Shown: positions 59,851 to 64,000 of the stretch, piece after piece
How the letters are laid out: every line of letters begins with the position of its first letter
How positions within the stretch are numbered: position 1 is the first letter of the stretch
Source: the human T2T-CHM13v2.0 reference genome, Homo sapiens
Assembly (NCBI RefSeq): GCF_009914755.1
Contig: NC_060933.1
Length of the DNA: 64,000 nucleotides
Strand: one strand, 5' to 3'
Program-made: the position numbers and the translations under genes
Notes under the pieces: generated by a model
Told to the model about the DNA's origin: nothing
The model's input: only the letters and a program-made list of their open reading frames with translations
Database searches by the model: none

Positions 59851-62800
59851 CTTTCTCCTGCAGTAATATATTACTGCTCAAATATATTACACATATCAAA
59901 AAGTATACACTCACAAATTGAAACTTTAAAGATGAGATAAAGAAAAATATAATTGGCATTTTATTTCACCATTCTGGGGCTGTATCCTTTGTGAAATATG
60001 CATCCCACATTACAGAGAGTTTCTCTTATCCATTCTTTTATGTATTTTTAATACTTTCAGACAACACCAAATCTGACTTGCTTTTAATAATCTTTCTTCT
60101 CTCTATGCCAAGGATCCTGCAAACTTTCTCTGTAATTCAACTCAAGGATTTAAGAAAAATACAGTAGTTTTCATTACTGTGAATTCTCCTGCAGCTGCAA
60201 AACAAATCCCTCCTGGACACTTATGTCTACAAATGCTCATGTATTAGGATGTAGGATAGACCTGTCTTTTTCATCTGTCAAATGGAGGTTATTTGTGAGC
60301 ACTAATGTAATAGGAAACATATGTAAACTGCTAGCCTATAGTAAGTCTGCAATAAATAGAAGCTACCATAACTGACTAGTTGATAGTCTTTGTCACATGG
60401 AAGCAATAACCTTTGCTTCTACATTCATTTGGGAAGAAAATAAAACAGAAATGATTCTTTTTCTACTGAGGAAAAGAAAGAACCTATAAAACATACGAGA
60501 AGGTCAGCTGTTCCCTCATGGGAGAACTTCTGAGAGTCCAGATAAACAGGCCCACGCCTAAAGCAGCTCCAGCCATCTTGGGGCTCTCTGGATTGCCTGG
60601 GGGTAGGAAATGCACGGCACAGCTAAACAAGAACAATGGGCTCTATGATGAAGCTGTAATCATTGGCCTCCTGTGTGGGTATGGTTTTTTTCTTTTACTT
60701 TTTTTTTTTTTTTAGCCTCAACATATGACCACATTTTTTTTTCTTATTTTTTTTTTGCCGGGGGTTGGGGGGTGGAGGGCATGGGTATGTTTTCAAGTAG
60801 AAAAGAGTAAGTAGACTTTGAATGAACCATTTCCTTCTGAGTTTTCCAGGGCAAGTTAAAGCTGTAGAAACCAAACAGGAAACTACGGCATGAACTCACT
60901 CCTTCAAAAACTAACTTCTCAAAAAGAAAATTTATCTCTAGTTGAGGCACCATTTTGTCCCAGAGACCTTGCTCCCATCTTTCTTTCCCTAAGGTATGTT
61001 TTCATTACCTTGCCAATAGGTGGCACTTACAAGATCACTGAAATTATTTTATTTTTGTTCATTGATTGCTTTGAGGAAACCCATTTGAAAAATAAATTAG
61101 GTTGCAGTCAGGAAAATAGATACCAAGGTGAATATTTCAAACAGGGAATTTAATACAAGGAAATAGATAGTTGTTAGAAGACTAGAAGAAGAAAAAAAAG
61201 AAGACTGGAAAAGCAGAAAGAGAAAACTGAGATAATCCAGAGATTGGTAATTGCAGGGAGTAGCTATTGGCCCTAGAATTGGGAGAATAAATGGGAAAAG
61301 GTGTTGCCACCAGAAGCTAAGAGTCCACAGGAGGGGCCTCTGTGTAGCTGTTGCAAGGACTCCTAAATTGGCACCATGAGGCTGATGCCAGGAATGCCAA
61401 AAAATGCCTGAACCATAGCTATTGGCTGCAATTGGAGGAATGAAGGCAGAAACCAGAGGCAGGATTAGAGACCCTTATGTCCTCATACCATCTTCCAGTC
61501 TCTCATAGGCAGAACATAACTAGAAGACAGTGGGCAAGAGAATCTGGGAAATGTAGTTTGCAGACTCCCAGTTCTGGAATTATAAAATAAAATACAGAAG
61601 GGTGTCAGGCTTGGGACTAAGAGACAACATATAAATATCTGGCACAGAAAGTAATAGAGTTCTACCTCCTTCAGAAGTAGCACAGGAGCTATAGACGGGG
61701 TAAAGGCTCTTAGGCATTGTTACTACTTTTTATCTTATGGATTCCCAATTTTGGAGTGGTCTCCTTTTATGTCTTTAAAGTATGTTCCTCATTTTAGCCA
61801 ATATGATGTGAGTGGAACATGACAGCATCATTGAGGGCACGGAGAAATGCAGGGAAGCTGAGGGTGTGGACAGCATCATTATTGCGCACCTTTCTGTGGA
61901 TAGATTAATAGATCTCAAACTTACATTTGTGGCTTTGCTTTAGCTGTGCACACCTACCGCTTATTGTACCACTTACAAACATGTCAGAACTGTAATATAC
62001 AGATGAGGGTTGTTATTATCCTGAAGGTAGTCACCCATGACCTCATTCTAACAGTGATTCCACTAATCAAGACATTCTTTGAATTCCACTGAGGAATTAC
62101 CTTCAGAGTTTGTGACACATCCACTTGTTTCTAGGTTGTTAAATCTTTGTCTTTTTAAGGCTACATTCAGTATTTTAAAATAGTTAAGACACTTTAGTTT
62201 AAGATCGACACTTAGAGTAAACCATCAAGGTGGATATGACCGCTTGCTGCTACTGAATCTACTGTGCAGACTATAATTCAAAAGAGGAATTCCAAATATA
62301 CTTGTTGCAATAATAGCATGAGTAAGTACAGCCTTTGAAGCTGGATCCTTTGAAGGACAACACGTATTGAGGCTTATAATAATTTTATCCAAAAAAGATC
62401 CATCTTCACCACCTCTAATTCCTTTGGAAAACAGAAAGAGTGTTATTTTGAAAAATAAGTTTTATTCCCTAGGATCATAAATTCCTGAATGCATGGACTA
62501 CTGGGTGCCAAGATTGATTCCATTCCTTGTTCATTATGAGGGAAACAAACTTGTCTTGTTAAATGAGAAATCCAAGTATTCTCAAGTTTTGGAGAAAAAT
62601 TTGATGCTTATCCTCATAATATATGGCAGGCCAGGATTTGTTGTTTAGTGAGTAAACTGCCAGGGGAAGGTCACATTCTGGCTTTGGGACCCAAGGCTAA
62701 GGAAAGTATGTACGTTTACAGCAGAATGGTTAAGCTTCCAGTTTGCAGAGTTGCTGAGCTAGCCAGTTTTCTTCAGTATATTAAGATGGATTGCGGAAAT

Positions 62801-63427
62801 TTTGGTCACATTTCCAAACCCAACTCCTGCTAATGTGACAACTCATTCTGTGAGGTCACTTGGGTCAGTCTGGGGCCTTCAGCTTTTAATTCCCATCTAG
62901 GGAGAAATGGCTTGGCCTATGGAATGTGGAAAAAAAGTTCCCCAAAGCCAAGGAATCCTGAGTTCCTCCTGGAGCCAAGGAACAAGAAACAGATCACTTG
63001 TTGAGTCAAATTATTCACGAAATAGACAACATATAAATTAACTGTACATTTTCAACAAATTATTGGGGACCAGTCACACATAGCCTCCTAGCAGAAGAGA
63101 TCTGTTCTCTAAAAATAGAGATTGAAGATATACAAAAATATTTGGATCATATTATACACATCAGATATTTATTCTTCTTTAAGCCAATTCTCTTTGCTTT
63201 TGACTTTTCACTCAAAGTTCAGCCAAAAAAAAAAGAAGTTTGGCTTAAGGGTGAAGCAAAGCCAGTGTGCAGAATGATCAAAAGTTGAAAATAAGCAGTT
63301 TATCTTAATTATTTTCTTCCTCAGTGTCTTCCTACTCTCTCCCATCCCCGCCATCCTGAACCCTTAAGTGACTTGTTTCCTCCAAGGCCTCTGCATTGGA
63401 CTTCCGTGGATGTCTCATGTTCTAAAC

Positions 63428-63772
63428 CAGGGGTCCCCAATCCCGGGCTGTGGAGTGGTACTTGTCTGTGGCCTGTTAGGAACCCGGCCACACAGCAGGA
63501 GATGAGTGGAGGGCCATCAATCATTACCGCCTAAGTTCTGCCTCCTGTCAGATCAACCACAGCGTTAGATTCTCATAGGAGTGGGAACCCTATTGTTAAC
63601 TGCGCATGGGAGGGATCTAGGTTGCTTGCTCCTTATGAGAATCTAACTAATACCTGACAACCTGAGATGGAGCAGTTTCATCCCGAAACCATCCCCTCCC
63701 CCAACCCCGTCCATGGGAAAAATGGTCGTCCACAAAACCGGTCCCTGGTGCCAAAGAGGTTGGGGACCGCTG
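63428..63772 (+). mobile_element. MER1B hAT-Charlie element
   Basis: TIRs caggggtcccc / ggggaccgctg with perfect 8-bp TSD TTCTAAAC (63420-63427, 63773-63780). Confidence 0.92.
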
Positions 63773-63978
63773 TTCTAAACTACCCCTTCCTGTCACTCAC
63801 TCCTAAATCCAAACTCCCTTTAGGCCTCCTCCAGGGAAGGTTGACTAAACTTTCATCCAGAGGTGTGAGTCATGGTGTTAGTGACAAATGAAAGCTATTG
63901 TTCAGCTCACACAACTGGAGAGAGATCAGCCTGGGGTTCTTTGACTTTTGGTGTGGTCAATGACAAGAAACACACACC

Positions 63979-64000
63979 CGGACACAGGAAGGGGAACATC
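63979..64000 (+). mobile_element. Start of an L1PA 3' UTR fragment (cut by the window edge)
   Basis: ggacacaggaaggggaacatc. Confidence 0.65.

Overview
This is primate, almost certainly human, genomic DNA. About 54 kb of repeat-rich intergenic sequence is followed by the promoter, CpG-rich first coding exon and the first ~8 kb of intron 1 of KCNV2 (Kv8.2, a photoreceptor silent Kv subunit; from memory, 9p24, downstream of VLDLR). The only supportable CDS is KCNV2 exon 1 (ATG 54497 to donor 55852, 452 codons, T1 plus S1-S5 and the start of the pore helix); the GYG/S6 exon lies beyond the window. Nearly all other listed ORFs fall in Alu, L1, LTR or microsatellite sequence, or are GC-driven shadows of KCNV2. 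I found no convincing new multi-gene system. The most unusual directly visible structures are: (1) a 116-bp inverted copy of nearby flanking DNA inserted cleanly into the internal region of a full-length THE1 retroelement; (2) an open reading frame running through the KCNV2 donor to an in-frame cryptic donor 189 nt downstream; (3) a 20-codon uORF in the KCNV2 leader; (4) a palindromic AT-rich minisatellite in intron 1 packed with MEF2-consensus sites; (5) a CRX+MARE motif cluster ~28 kb upstream; and (6) two aberrant Alus (a ~110-bp doubly deleted copy and a trimer) with recognisable target-site duplications. Repeat subfamily names and boundaries were assigned by eye and are approximate.
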